A stretch of DNA of 64,000 nucleotides from Podarcis muralis (Eukaryota), in assembly GCF_964188315.1 (NCBI RefSeq), contig NC_135657.1:105896001-105960000 (forward strand), written 5' to 3'. The translations under genes and the position numbers were made by a program. Below the pieces are notes generated by a model. It was not told the origin of the DNA. It made no database searches and saw only the letters and a list, made by a program, of their open reading frames with translations. Shown piece by piece: positions 1 through 12,844 of this stretch (positions are counted from its first letter, which is position 1; every line of letters begins with the position of its first letter).

Positions 1-3
1 ATA

Positions 4-307
4 CAGTGATGCCCCGCAAGACGAATGCCTCGCAAGACGAAAAACCCGCTAGACGAAAGGGTTTTCCGTTTTTGAGTTGCTTCACAAGACGAATTTCCCT
101 ATGGGCTTGCTTCGCAAGACAAAAACGTCTTGCGAGTCTTGCGATTTTTTTCGCTCCCCCCCCCCTTTTTCTAAGCCGCTAATAGCCTTTTAGCCGCTAA
201 ACCACTAATAGCGCTAATCCGCTAATAGGGTTGCTTCGCAAGACGAAAAAACCGCTAGGCGAAGAGACTCGCGGAACGGATTGTTTTCGTCTTGCGAGGC
301 ACCACTG
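4..307. mobile_element. Non-autonomous Tc1/mariner (Tigger/pogo-like) MITE, CGCAAGACG family
   Basis: TA|CAGTGATGCCCCGCAAGACG ... CGTCTTGCGAGGCACCACTG|TA. TA duplications at 2-3 and 308-309. A related copy at 21086 is in the opposite orientation. Confidence 0.85.
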
Positions 308-825
308 TACTTATCTTCCAGCTCTATCCAGCTAGCAGTGGCTTCTATACAGAAAGGTACAGCGGGTGCTACTTGTTTAGGAACAATTGTTGATCACTAG
401 GAGAAGGTTAGTAACAAATGGTACCTCTTGTATGAGACAGCTGGAAGATAGATGTGTTCTTGCAAACACATTAGTTGCTTGTCTACTGCACGGCAGCTGC
501 TCACTGTTGGAAGAGTTCTGAGGAAGGAAGAAAGAGCTATTCTCCATGATACCAATCACCCAAAAGTTAATAAAGCATTGAAATTTGTGTATGTGTTCAT
601 GTAATTGTTAATGAAGCCCATATTGATGCCTACAGTCCTATAGTGGCTTTGATTTCGGTGAAAGCAGCCATTTTAAATCACTTTCCTCCTGTGTTGCAAA
701 TATCCGCCCTGAGGTTACTCCTTGAAACTTTTATTTGGAAACTTTGTGTTTGTATATTACATTTACTTGTATTACTAATGCACTGCTGGTGTTTAACAAC
801 TGAAATGCAATGTGTTTTGTTTCAG

Positions 826-916
826 GCGGCTGCTGACGAAACACTAACGGAAGATGAATGCCCATCTGATGTTGATTTGAACGACCCATACTTTGCTGAG
901 GAACTTGGGAAAGCAG
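826..916 (+). CDS. ESF1: ESF1 internal coding exon (AADETLTEDECPSDVDLNDPYFAEELGKA G)
   Basis: Acceptor tgttttgtttcag at 825 and donor G|gttaga at 917. The peptide matches the recalled vertebrate ESF1 motif PSDVDLNDPYFAEE. Earlier exons lie upstream of the window. Confidence 0.93.
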
Positions 917-1424
917 GTTAGATGTCATTTATTGTGAAAGGTGGTCAAGTAGATATCACATATTAGGATTTTCATAGAAATGTTGACAAACTCCCTTACC
1001 AAAGGCTCCTAAAGATCCTTCAGTCATAAGATGTGATGATGAACCCTTAGGAATCTAACCATGCTTGCTGATGAGGCTCTAAATGGATTGCAACCATGCA
1101 GCAGAATAATTTTGGTTCATTTTAGAAAGCTCAGTGAATGTCAGATCAGCATGTCATAGGAAGAAAGTGGCAAACGCATTTTCCAGTATATAATAAATTT
1201 TTGCCACACTTTCAGTCACTGTGTCACAAAGGATATTGAAAACAGGAGAAGTTATAGGAAAGAGCAACTAAAATGATCAGTGGATGGGTTGTATTTTTGC
1301 TTAGGAGGTGGTTAAGAAATCGAGGCATTTATAGGAAATTCTAAACTGAGAAGAGCTAGAGAAACTAGGCGGAGGAAATCCTTGAGAGTCAGGCAGCATT
1401 AGTAGGACAGGTAGAAAAAAAATA

Positions 1425-2018
1425 CCGTCTTTTTCGCCCCATAGGACGCACCGGCCCATAGGACGCATCAAGTTTTTTGGGGGGGAAATAAAGGAAAAAA
1501 AATTATTTCCCCCCCAGGCACTTGTGGGGCCGGCAGCAGGGAGAAGCACTCTTCTCCCCGCAGCCTGCCTTCAGACCAGGTCCGGGGACAGCGGGAAGAC
1601 GTGCTGCGCCTCCCAGCTGTCCCCGGAGCTTGCGGGGCAGGCAGCGGGGAGAAGCGCTCTTCTCCCCGCTGCCCACCTTCAGATCAGGTCCGGGGACAGC
1701 GGGGAGACGCGCTGCGCCTCCCCGCTGTCCCCGGAGCTTGCGGGGCAGGCAGCGGGGAGAAGCGCTCTTCCCGCCGCAGCCTCCAAACCACTTCGGGAGA
1801 CAGCGGGATGGCGGCGTTCCGCCTCCCTCTGTCCCCCGACCTTGCGGGGCTGGCGGCGGGGTCTCCTGAAGCCTGGAGAGCGAGAGGGGTCGGTGCGCAC
1901 CGACCACTCTCGCTCTCCAGGCTTCAGCGAAAGCCTGCATTCGCCCCATAGGACGCACACACATTTCCCCTTCATTTTTGGAGGGGAAAAAGTGCGTCCT
2001 ATAGGGCGAAAAATACGG
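1425..2018. mobile_element. Tc1/mariner (Tc2-type TIR) MITE with internal 108-bp GC-rich tandem repeat
   Basis: TA|CCGTCTTTTTCGCCCCATAGGACGCAC ... GTGCGTCCTATAGGGCGAAAAATACGG|TA. The subfamily name is from TIR resemblance only. Confidence 0.85.
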
Positions 2019-4819
2019 TAATACTTAGAAGCTTCTTCCTGTGTAATGTGTCCTGCTAGAGTGGCTGCCCAGTGAAGCATGAGAGAAGGAATGTCACCAG
2101 GATGGGAGGAGCAGGAACATTGAGTAGTTGTCATTTGCCAATAGTGGGAGAATATTAGTGCTTTTGAAGGGGAGATGTTAGGGAGGAATGTAGCCTCCAG
2201 GTCATCTGGCAAACTGATAAAATACTATTTTTAGGAAGCTAAAACATCGCACGAGGAGAGCCCCAATATTTCTCCCACCCTAGCATCAAAATTCAGTATA
2301 ATTTTCCTTAGTGAGTGAAATGCCTTCTCTCCCCCATGCCCACCGCTAAATTGTGTTGCTTGAGTTTCCTTTACGATTTGATCAACTCCCACCTGTTAGC
2401 CTACCTATGTGTCTTCTGTCAAGCGAGTTGGGGTATGAGATTTTGACTTCTGCTTTGTAAAAATAGAGCATGATATAATGGCAATATGGGAAATACCTCC
2501 TAGTCCACCTCTCTTCTAAAGACCCCACCGCTGAATTCTAGACCACCATCTAGGGAAATAAAACAGGAGGAGAATTCACAGCTAAGTAAATTCTTATGTT
2601 CCTTCAACGTTGAGAAAAATAAACTATATATACCCTTCTGCAGTTGATAGGTGGTTGTACTATGTTACATTAAAGTAACCATTGTAGAACTGATCCTTAC
2701 TGAAATAGTTCCTGACAATGAAAGCCACCATATTTCAAATAGCTATTTCTGGAGTCCCTAGCAAGATTTATAACTTCCTTTTGAAAAGCATTCCTCCATG
2801 CTGCTTCCATAAGCTTCTTTGGAAAATGCCCCCAAGGTTCTAAAGCAGTTTGCCCAGGAGGTGGCTTACAATTTAAAACAAGTCAAATCCCTATTAAACA
2901 GCCAAGTTAACTTAGACAGCTCTCCAGATTGTCGCTGAAAGTTTTGGGGCAACTGCAGATCTTTTCCTTAGGATGTTCTTAAATGCCCTAAGCAACACCC
3001 ATTGAGTTTTATGAAACTAAGTGTTGTAGCTGGAATTTGAGCACATATATGCAGCTAATAATTCAAGTAATGCATTTTGTGTCTCTCTCTAACAATGTTT
3101 TAAAGGTTTCATTTAATGTTCAAATGCGTTTTAAGGTTTGAAAAAGCAATCTGCTGGCTGTGGAACATCAAGTAAAATAGCAAATTGCTACAACTCAGCC
3201 TGGCTCCAAGGCATTGCTATAAAATACTTTCATGACTGTTCCAACCTGATTATTAACTTTTCAGTAGTGAATTTATTTTTTCAGCAAAAGACAAAATGCA
3301 TATTTCCTACTGGCCGATGATGGAAAACAAATTGAGAGCAATTGGGCCTGATTGGCCTATAAAACAAAGTTCATACAAACTGCAAGGGATTGTTACTGTT
3401 ACGAACACATAATATATTTGTGTTTTATCATACCTGAACAGTTTTTTATAAGATGATTGATTTGATTGTTGTTCTCTTTTGATTCCTGGAAACGAAGTCT
3501 TGGAGACACATGCAGCATTGTGGTTTGCTTGTTTCAAAATGTTTCATGCCATAGGCAACTTCGACAGAAAAACATATTTCTTTGGGGAATTGGTTAGAAT
3601 GAGTTCTGTGCATGGGGCTTTTACATAATGTATACTGCACATAATTTTAGAGGGGTGCCCCTTTCTTATGCTGCCTGGAGCGTGATTTGGGTTCTTCTTA
3701 ATCGTATGACTGTGTTCACCTGTAACAATTAGTCAGACTTCCTTGTGCTCACTGCCCAGTCACTCTCACTTTACCTGGCATGAGTAACATAAAGAAACCA
3801 GGAATCCTTTGATTCCTGTTCTGCCTGACCAAAGGATGGTGGATGGGTTGTTACTCCCTAACAAAGCATGATCACTAGCCAACCTGAAACCATAGTTTGT
3901 TGTGGACTTAGTAATCATGACTTGCTAGGGAACAGTAAACCCCATTGCTTGGTTCAGAGATAATAGGGAGCCAGGGTTTCTTAAAACTTGTAGCTTTATT
4001 GTTTAACCTGCTCGCACTAGGGGAGGAGAGAAACTGGAAAAATCAGGCAGCACCCATGCTGCTTGTTTCAGATAAACCACATTAAGCCAGAAAGTCTCAC
4101 TTATTGCTGTGTGAATGCAGCTTGTATGTGGCACACACTTAACTTCATATTTTAAAAGCTTGATTCTTTCAGAAGGAAACTGTTTCCTTTCCCCTAACAA
4201 GCACCTATTGGGAACCGGTAAATAAATATATCCTTTTGATTATGGGTTTTTAATTTAGATTTTAGAAATAAATCAATGCAGATTTTTGGACTCGTGGACA
4301 CATTTTCAGTTTTGAAGAAATCCTGGAGGTCCTGGTCCTGAGATGGCTGCTGTGAGGCATGGCATAACACAAAATGGCTGTCATGGGGAGGGTGGCAGAA
4401 CACAAAATAAGAGAGAGAACCACCCTTGGGAAGTCTGCCATGTCCTGCTGTCCCTAACTATGAAGATCACACACACTGATGCTGTTTCTTCCTACTAACA
4501 ACAGGGAACATTCCTCAGTACCAGGAAAAATATAAAAGGTAGCTACACCACTCTCGTTGCAAAGAAATCCTTTAGAAGGTACCTGCACATTTCTCCCTAT
4601 AACTTTCTTTCTAAGAGGGTTAGAGACTTGCTTCTTTAAAAAATGAAAGCTCGGATCTAGAACACCTGCACAGGGGCACCTCTGAAAACCTTCATGGTCC
4701 TCATGGTGCCTGTAGGCACCAGGTTGGCAACCGCCACTCTAACAACTACCTCTACTTGTTCATCGCTGGAAAAGGCATCTCTGTGTTGATTTCCAGCTGA
4801 CTTTCCTCAAATAAATGCA

Positions 4820-5149
4820 CCGTATTTTTCGCTCTATAAGACGCACCAGACCATAAGACGCACCTAGTTTTTGGAGGAGGAAAACAAGGAAACAAATATT
4901 CTGAATCCCAGAAGCCAGAACATCAAAAGGGATCTGGCTTCTGGGATAGCCTCTTGCTGTTCTGGCTTATGGGATAGCCGCGCACAGCCTCTCCAGGGCA
5001 GCGGGAGGAAGGCTCCCCCAAGAGAGCTCCACGCGGCTCTTTAAAGGGAGAGCTGAGCAGAGCCTCCCGCCTGCATTCGCTCCATAAGACGCACACACAT
5101 TTCCCCTTTTTAGGAGGGGGAAGTGCGTCTTATAGAGCGAAAAATACAG
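4820..5149. mobile_element. Second Tc2-type MITE (shorter subfamily)
   Basis: TIRs CCGTATTTTTCGCTCTATAAGACGCAC and GTGCGTCTTATAGAGCGAAAAATACAG. It shares the subterminal gcattcgc.ccata.gacgcacacacatttcccc with the 1425 copy. Confidence 0.8.
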
Positions 5150-5268
5150 TAACTGTCTTCTGCAGCGTGCATTCAGGAGAGTGTGCATACATTCTTGCAA
5201 TGTCGCCAATCTGGTTACACCAGGATATTTAAAAACTTGCTTTTTATTTGTGTTGTGCTTATAATTAG

Positions 5269-5336
5269 ATTCAAATAAGAAGTCCAAGAAAGAAGAAAAT
5301 GCCCAAGAAAATGAAGATGACCTGGAAAAGCAGAAG
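5269..5336 (+). CDS. ESF1: ESF1 coding exon (D SNKKSKKEENAQENEDDLEKQK)
   Basis: AG at 5267-5268 and donor AAG|gtagta at 5337. The 68 nt complete the phase-1 codon and keep frame into the next exon. The K/E-rich peptide ends EKQK, as in ESF1 (ERQK AEMALL). Confidence 0.88.
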
Positions 5337-5783
5337 GTAGTAGATTACATGCTGAAGTAGTATTAAGATTAGACATCGGAATGAAGGCCTGGGGTTAGGA
5401 GTGTTAACATTACTACAAAGTTGCATTGGGTGACAGAATGATTTGTTGTATTTGCCTTAAAAATGGAAACTACATGGTAATAAGTCTGCAAAAAGTAATG
5501 AGTTGCAAAAACAAACCATGAGATGGATGATCTAGTTTTGAAGTTTTTCTTTTATTGTTCACATTTATTAATTATGCTTATATATTGGTATTCCATTAGA
5601 AAGATCAGAGTGTCTTACTTGGGGGGTTGCTGGTAGGCTGTCATTCAGGCACCGATGAGGCAATTATAGCTCTTGCTATTATGCATTAGCAACCCAAACC
5701 TTTAGATGAGGCACAGAAACATCTGCAGCCCATATTCGGTGAAATGTTGTGCAAACAGATCCTATCTGTTTTGATTGTAACAG

Positions 5784-5930
5784 GCTGAAATGGCTCTGCT
5801 GGTGATGGATGATGAGGAAGATGAAAGGAGACACTTCAATTATGACAAGATAGTGGAGCAGCAGAACCTGAGCAAAAAGAAAAAGAAACTATTGGTGAAA
5901 AAGAAGGAACTGCTGACAGATGACTTCCAG
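5784..5930 (+). CDS. ESF1: ESF1 coding exon (AEMALLVMDDEEDERRHFNYDKIVEQQNLSKKKKKLLVKKKELLTDDFQ)
   Basis: Acceptor gtaacag and donor CAG|gtaaca; 147 nt (49 codons). Strong match to recalled ESF1 AEMALLMMDE...HFNY.KIVE.QNLSKKKKK. Confidence 0.96.
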
Positions 5931-6390
5931 GTAACACTACGGGCTTCCTCCTATTGAAGTCTAATAACAGTGCTAGTCATTTTGTGTTAAAGTAGATCAA
6001 TAACTACATTACGATTTATGCAAAAACACATTTTATATCATTCTATCCAAAGGGACAGTTAAAGGATTGAGTTGCAGATCTTGAACTTGATGTCAGAAAT
6101 CAAAAAAGTTTTACATCCTTTTTTGTGTTTATAAGGCGGGGGGGGGGGGTGTTTGCGGATATGCTATCTAGAAATTCCAAGGACTTTCCTGATGCCCAAA
6201 TAATACCACCTTCCTGGAATGAAATAAACCTATTTTTGTATGGGTCAAAATTAATATTTAAAACAGGCTGTTGCATTTTCACATTTCCTTAAGATCTGGA
6301 TTCTTGATTAACAACTATCCTGCAGGGCACATTTTTCTCCTACTTTTTTTTAGCTATTGCAGTTAAAGCATCCTCTCTTGCTCTTCGCAG

Positions 6391-6672
6391 GTTAATGTTG
6401 CTGATGCCAGATTCCAAGCCATGTATACCTCTCATTTGTTTAATTTGGATCCTTCGGATCCAAACTTTAAGAAAACAAAAGCAGTGGAAAAGATTTTGGA
6501 GGAGAAGGCTCGTCGAAGAGAACAAGGTTTTGCTGAGGCAGCTGGGGGAGGGAACAATATGGCAGAGCCTGCGGCCAAGAAATCCATAGATCCTGCATTG
6601 TCAATGCTAATCAAGTCCGTCAAGAATAAAACAGAACAGTTTCAAGCAAGGAAGAAACAGAAAGTCAAATAA
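6391..6672 (+). CDS. ESF1: ESF1 terminal coding exon with NUC153 domain (VNVADARFQAMYTSHLFNLDPSDPNFKKTKA...KSIDPALSMLIKSVKNKTEQFQARKKQKVK*)
   Basis: Acceptor ctcttgctcttcgcag at 6390 and stop TAA at 6670-6672. The C-terminus matches the recalled ESF1 end (QARKKQKVK). Confidence 0.97.
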   Translation, partial: VNVADARFQAMYTSHLFNLDPSDPNFKKTKAVEKILEEKARRREQGFAEAAGGGNNMAEPAAKKSIDPALSMLIKSVKNKTEQFQARKKQKVK

Positions 6673-7110
6673 GCAGAGCTCAAACATTGAAGGTGGAAAC
6701 TGGACTTCTCAAGAAATCAGAGTTGATGTTAATTTACAGGTGAAGACCAAACTTTTCTGCTAATTCAGATTTAAATTCTAGCAAAAATATCTGCCAAATG
6801 ATTTTCGGACAAGGTCACCTTAAAAAATACATGTAACATAGCCAAATATAGTTCAGACAATTTGGTTTCATAAAAAAACACCAGACCTTTAATTCTGTCC
6901 ATAGATGCAAGGGAGAGCAAGGTTTTAAATCACTCTCCAACTTGCCATCAGAAGACAGCGACATGGTGGGAGGGCTTGGCAGTGTACTCCTGCTCTCTTT
7001 CGTGTGATTGTTTATCGTGCGTTCAGACAGAATTCTCCCGATAGGACTCAAGTCTTTGCCACTTTTATAACAGGCAGCTGATAACTGATGTTTGAGAGGT
7101 GGTATAAGCC

Positions 7111-7241
7111 CAGTATGGGGAGCCTTTGGCCCTACTTATGTTGCTGAACTGCAAGTCCCACCACTCCTGGCCATTGGCCATGCTTGCATGGGCTGATGGG
7201 AGTTGGATGTAGTTCAGCAACCAAATGGTTCCTCATCCTTG
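7111..7241. mobile_element. Decayed palindromic hAT-type MITE in the presumed ESF1 3' UTR
   Basis: Ends resemble CAGGGATGGGGAACC...GGTTCCCCATCCCTG. Internal inverted arms 7140-7153 and 7208-7221. Same family as 23660-23781. Confidence 0.6.
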
Positions 7242-7372
7242 TTAGACAAGGGTTCCCCTCCCCCCCCCCCATAATGGTGTACTGAATATTTTGCAGCTGC
7301 AAACTTGTTAGCAAAATGGATTAACTGAAAACATGGTATGACTGCCTTGAATGTATGATTTGTACAACTGTA

Positions 7373-7378
7373 AATAAA
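7373..7378 (+). terminator. ESF1: Candidate ESF1 polyadenylation signal AATAAA
   Basis: First AATAAA I find after the stop codon (~700 nt downstream), followed by U/GU-rich sequence. Usage is inferred. Confidence 0.55.
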
Positions 7379-9944
7379 AACACAATTATTGGTTCGTTTT
7401 AATAACGCTTGTGCTCGTCTGTTCTTAAAGATTTACGATAGTTGCAAAATTTATAGTGCTATGTCATTTTTGATGTTTGTAAACATGAAACTTAGGCTAA
7501 AATTGGGGAAATACGTGCTTTGACACATTTTGATTCAGTTTTTTTTTTTTTTTTAAAGCAATTTAAAGACCTTTAATGCCATGGTAGTGCCAGATAACTG
7601 TATGAGAATAGAAGGATTTGGCATTCAGGGAAGGCCATCTCCTTTCAATATACAGATCTGCAGGGCAGGTGCTGCCGTGCAATTCTACAGGCGTATGTGA
7701 CTGTGTCATGACACAGTATGAAATAAAAAGAATACCCCTTCTGCGCTTTGACCATTATATGTTCCCTTTGCTTGAAATCACCAGGTGCTCATCTCCACGG
7801 AAGAGACTTCATTTTCTTACTGCATGTAATTGGTTGAGCAATGAATCCATTGGTGAAATTGGAACATCTAATTGATTCCCCCTAATCCCCTTAGCAGGCT
7901 TGGCAGCCAGCCCAAAGATGCAGGCCCTACTACTCTCCTGACTATTCTCCTTGCTACTTTCACCTCTTCAAATAAATGGCAGCTGCCATTCTTGGGTCAT
8001 GACAGGTCTCCATTGCTGCAATGTTCTCTCACCCGAATCATGCCACGGTCATCATAGGAGAGTGCTCTTGTAATGGAGCTACACAACCATTTAGTTAACA
8101 AGGCTGAAACCCCCCCCCCCCCCCGATTTGTTTTTTCCCCTGGATCTTCTCCGAAACAATATGTAAGGGTTCAGTTCAGTACAGTGCTTAGGACCAAGCT
8201 AGATTATTTATTTAGGATGATACCCAGGAAGGAATCTGTTAGCAGATTTTCAGGAGTTCATTCTTGGTGCTCATCCCGAGCAGATTTTGGAGAGCACAAG
8301 TTCCTCCCAACTTTTCCCTTTACTGGAATGGCAATTGGCTTGTTCTTATCCTCAGGCTACAAGTGTCAAAGGGAAAGTGAAGGTGTGTAGCAGAGAATGC
8401 TTCAAAGCAATTTGTGGTTAGGAATAATTTGCATTTAGAAAGAATGAAAGGGCCAGGGCCTCATTCTCCTGCCCTTAGTGATGCTACCAGGTCGAAAAGA
8501 GCCATTATCCTTGCTTTCCTACAGAGGCCCAGCTCACACTTCCAAGACTACTGCTCATGTATGTACAGGTAAGCTGTTGTGCTGCGTTATTGTGAATGAA
8601 AAATGGCAGAGTTACTAGCACTCATGTTTTCTTCATTACCTAACTCCTTGTACTAACATTGCCCAGTTGGACATCCCAACTGGAGCTGAATCTTCTGTCC
8701 ATGGTACAGTATATCTCTTTTGGCATGTTCGGAATGGGGGTGTGTGTGTAGGCAGGGCAAATAGCCATATATGACATGATTTGGTTTCAAGTGTGCTCTG
8801 AAATCACACCTTTTACAGCTCACAGTGGAGTGCTTGGAAGATTTCATTTTAAAAAGCATTGGCTTATGGAAACTCCTGGGCAAGGTTTAATCATTTGTAT
8901 CTGAAATACGAGCATGTTGGAGCAGCCACAGATATTTGGACTTGGCTAACTTACAATTTATTTGGAACATTTTCATGGCAAAGCTATCGGAAGAAACTTT
9001 ATTCCGAGGAAATGCATAAAACACACTTGATTTACATTCCATGCACCGTAAAAAGTCCTTGTCCTCATGGGAATTTGAAGAGCTCAAGCTGCCTTTCACT
9101 ATTGGTTTTTGCCACTTCTCTCTTCTTTTTTCTGCATTACACATATAGTTGAGGTGGTTTTAAAAGAATAAAGCAATCAACAATAGAATAAGAGTTCAAA
9201 TGATCTGTAACAATTTACTACACAGCAGGAGTTAAGAAAAGCAATATTATTGAAAGACCTGCTAAAATAAAGCCATCTTTGCTTTACTAGTAAACAGTGA
9301 TTGGGCCAGGCTTAGGTGCTCTATAATATTTTGGATAAAACAACCCCAAATGCTTAATCTTTAGTACTCATCCACCCAATAGCAGTCATGAATGCTCCCT
9401 TCATAGTAACCCTTTTGTTATAGCACCCACAGTGCACTCTGAAGATTTAAAATTTTTTGACAACAACTGATATTTCTGATGGCAGGTATAGTTATCAGGT
9501 GGATTTCAGAAGCCTATACACACTGAGGAAACTTTGCAATAATACCAGGAAGCAGCAGGAGTCAGGAAAACGTCATTTGCGAACAACCAATCAAGAACTT
9601 AGCATAGCAGCTAGGATTTGCTAACATAGGTAATGCTAAGGTTTCAACTAGTTCCTACTGAGCTATAGAAGGAGCCACACCCAGAGAGGGGAGTTTTTAT
9701 TGCAGGCATAACATGTCTCTCAGACACAGGCCCCCACCCCCACCCCACACACTACAGCTGGATGCTAGAAAAGAGTCTCCGAGATGGGAGTGAAATTCTT
9801 TGGCATCCTCAGCTAGGCGAAGTGGTTATTGAAATATTCTGCTCCCAGGCCATTTGGGGCTTTGGAGGTCAAAACCGGCAACTTTCTCATCTTTCAAAAT
9901 GCTAGCTGGGTGGTTGTCTTCGTTTTGTGTTTAGCCTCTATTAA

Positions 9945-9993
9945 CATGGGGTCATGAAGAGTCGGACACAACTAAACGACTAAACAACAACAA
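9945..9993 (+). mobile_element. Short 3' tail of BovB/RTE LINE
   Basis: catggggtcatgaagagtcggacacaactaaacgactaaacaacaacaa matches the end of the copy at 38183-38645. Confidence 0.75.
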
Positions 9994-10189
9994 ACCTTAA
10001 AGGAGATCAGGAGAAATTAGTAAAAGTTTATAACCTGGTGTCAAATCACTGCAAGAGGCAGTCTACAGAGTTTTGCTCATCTCTAGAGCTGGAGGACTTG
10101 TGAGCAGCCTATTTTGGACTGGTTATTGTTTTGTGTGTATTTGGGGATTTGATTCCTTCAAATTGAAGGCAGGTATGTTGGGTTTGGGG

Positions 10190-10531
10190 GACATGGGTGG
10201 CGCTGTGGTCTAAACCACTGAGCCTAGGGCTTACTGATCAGAAGGTCGGCGGTTGAAATCCCCACAATGGGTTGAGCTCCTGTTGCTCAGTCCCAGCTCC
10301 TGCCAACCTAGCAGTTCAAAAGCACTAAGTGCAAGTAGATAAATAGGTACCGCTCTGGCGGGAAGGTAAACGGTGTTCCCGTGCGCTGCTCTGGTTTAGC
10401 CAGAAGCAGCTTAGTCATGCTGGCCACATGGGGACAAACGTTGGCTCCCTCGGCCAGTAAAGCGAAATGAGTGCCGCAACTCCAGAGTTGTTTGCGACTG
10501 AACTTAACTGTCAGGGGTCCTTTGCCTTTAC
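10190..10531 (+). mobile_element. Sauria SINE
   Basis: Full-length match to the other copies in the window. 16-bp TSD TATGTTGGGTTTGGGG at 10174-10189 and 10532-10547. Confidence 0.92.
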
Positions 10532-11176
10532 TATGTTGGGTTTGGGGTTCACTTCACTGAGGTTAAGGATCCTCGTATCAACATTATTGGGGGGGGGCTG
10601 TTCAAATTTGGTTCACCCACTTTAAAGAGCATCTTCATCCCTGTAGTAAATAAATTAGATAGATTTGGAAGAGAACTGTCTAGCACAAAGAAGCAGCAAA
10701 TTGGTTTTAAAATTGCCCTGTTATTGTTAGTCTGGTATGCATATGCTTAGTCCAACAGAAAATCAAAAGTTGCCAGTTGTGCTTTGAACTGTCACAGGGG
10801 AAATAAAGTTTGGGAGAAGGATGATGTGCTACCTCTCTCTCTACTTCTGTTTCTCTGTGTACTGGGCCTGTTAATTAATCCCCCTAGGTATGTGGATGTG
10901 TGGGTTTTTTTGCTATTATTTTAAATCATTCCAAAATTCAGCCAACTTTCATTCTCTGTGTGTGCTTATTCTATCCTCACTTTATATGGACAGCTTGTAT
11001 TTGTTTATGTTTGCTCACATGTAGCCAACTGAATAGATTCTTGGGTTGTATCTACATGACCGTCTCTTCCTCCCCTCTCCCCAGAGGCCCAAAGCAAGGG
11101 ATCTTGTTGGGTTTAATGCTCTCTAAAGATATCTCAGCATATCACATGTGACTTACATCACAATGATCTAATGTCA

Positions 11177-11308
11177 GTTTGCAGTATGAATACATCCATT
11201 GCGATGTAAGTTTGCAGTATGGATACACCCATTGTGATGTAAGTTTGCAGTATGGATACACCCATTGTGATGTAAGTTTGCAGTATGGATACACCCATTG
11301 TGATGTAA
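11177..11308. repeat. 33-bp minisatellite, 4 copies (GTTTGCAGTATGGATACACCCATTGTGATGTAA)
   Basis: Units start at 11177, 11210, 11243 and 11276. The last three are identical and the first has 3 substitutions. Confidence 0.95.
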
Positions 11309-12624
11309 CACATTGAACAGCATTCCAGGAGGTCTGATTAAGTGCAAGGAGACCAAGTAGCAGGTGAGAAGGAAAGTGGTTCTTAGGCCATTTGGGCTCG
11401 GGAACTGTTGTCTTCCATAGGTGGGAGATCTGCTGTTCTTCAGATTCCTTGTTATTCTTCAGGAGCTATGTTTACAGCCTCAAAGTCCTAGCAACCCTGA
11501 CTTAGATGAGATTTGTGGCCATCAGGTCAACAAAGATTCAGCATGGTAGGTACCATTTTATTGAACATGTACCCCGACACACCTTCATCCCCAACCATAA
11601 AGAGGAAGATTCTTGTTTGTTTGTTAAGTCAGGAAACAGAAAAAAGTAGTGGCTACATAGCTCTATTAATGAATTTGTTTAAAGCTCAGTAAAAAGTAAC
11701 CCTGTGTGTGCGTGCATTTAAAAGGTGAATTAGTATCAAGCCATTTCCAAGGTTGGCAGCCATAGTGGTGATTGCTGAATGTGTAAGTCAGGCACTTAAA
11801 GATCTTATGTTACAGGTTGGAACCACAAGAGGTTTTGATTTATTTAATAACACAAAGAAAAAGATCAGACAAGCAGAGATAAACAGGCATGCATGTTTTT
11901 TATTATTTCTGCCCTCCAGAATTAAATTTATTATTTCCAATCAACAGCGACAGTTGGTTTTTATTCCCTTTCATATTCCTGTAGCCTCCAAAAATAACAT
12001 AGCTAAGCCATGCTGACACATAGTTTAAATAAACAGGGCTATTGAAGATTTTTTCTTTAAAAAACAAAACAAGAAAACGAGCAGCTGAAAATGTTACAGT
12101 ACCTGTCAACCTGAATTTTATCTTTAGTTATATTATAGTTTTACTTTAAATTACAATAATTGTGTTTTATGTTCACTTTAAATGTTCACACTTCATTTAA
12201 TTATTATTATTTAATACTTGTTATATAACTGTGATTGTTATCAGAATCCCTACTATAACAGCCAAATGGTTTTCAAAAGATTTGATAATATGGTAAGTTG
12301 AACTTAAACTTTTTGTCCTAGTAAACTCTTGTATGTTGATGTTTCCCTATGAAGCCACAAGACCGTAGGAGAAATTTGTCAATGGACAGATACCAACCAT
12401 ACATGTAGTTGTCGCTTTGTTGATGGAATATAATTAAGATTTCTTAATAATTTGCACAGCTGGGGTACTGGGTCATGTATCTCTGAATCCTCTTGGTTAT
12501 TTCCAAGCTGCTTTTCATGCTGTGACAAGAGAATGAATACTATGGGCCTCTTCAGAAAAACCGTACATTCATTCAGTGAATGCTGTTGCCCTGATGTATG
12601 GGCAGCCAACGGCATCTGTACAAA

Positions 12625-12844
12625 GACCCAGTGTGGTGCAGTGATTAGAGTGTTGGACTAGGACTTGGGAGAACAGGGTTCGAATCCCTACGTGGCTATG
12701 AAGCTCAATGGATGACCCTGGGCTTCTCAGCCTGACCTACCTCACAGGGTTCTTGTGGGGAAGAAATGAAGAGCTAGAGAACCAGGCAGGCCATCTTGAG
12801 CTCCTTCGAGAAAGAGGCAGGATAAAAATGCAAATAAATAAATA
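12625..12844 (+). mobile_element. MIR/Ther1-related tRNA SINE (Squam3-like)
   Basis: tRNA-like A box (tggtgcagtg) and B box (ggttcgaatcc), the MIR core cctacctcacagggtt, and an L2-like tail ending (aaat)n. Confidence 0.7.

Noticed and set aside
1503-2212. Six overlapping 115-177 aa ORFs on both strands with internal 36-aa repeats
   Set aside because: They result from the stop-poor, GC-rich 108-bp tandem (a multiple of 3) inside a MITE. No protein motif is present.
11177-11308. CRISPR-like 33-bp repeats
   Set aside because: The units are contiguous with no spacers, there are no cas genes, and the context is eukaryotic.
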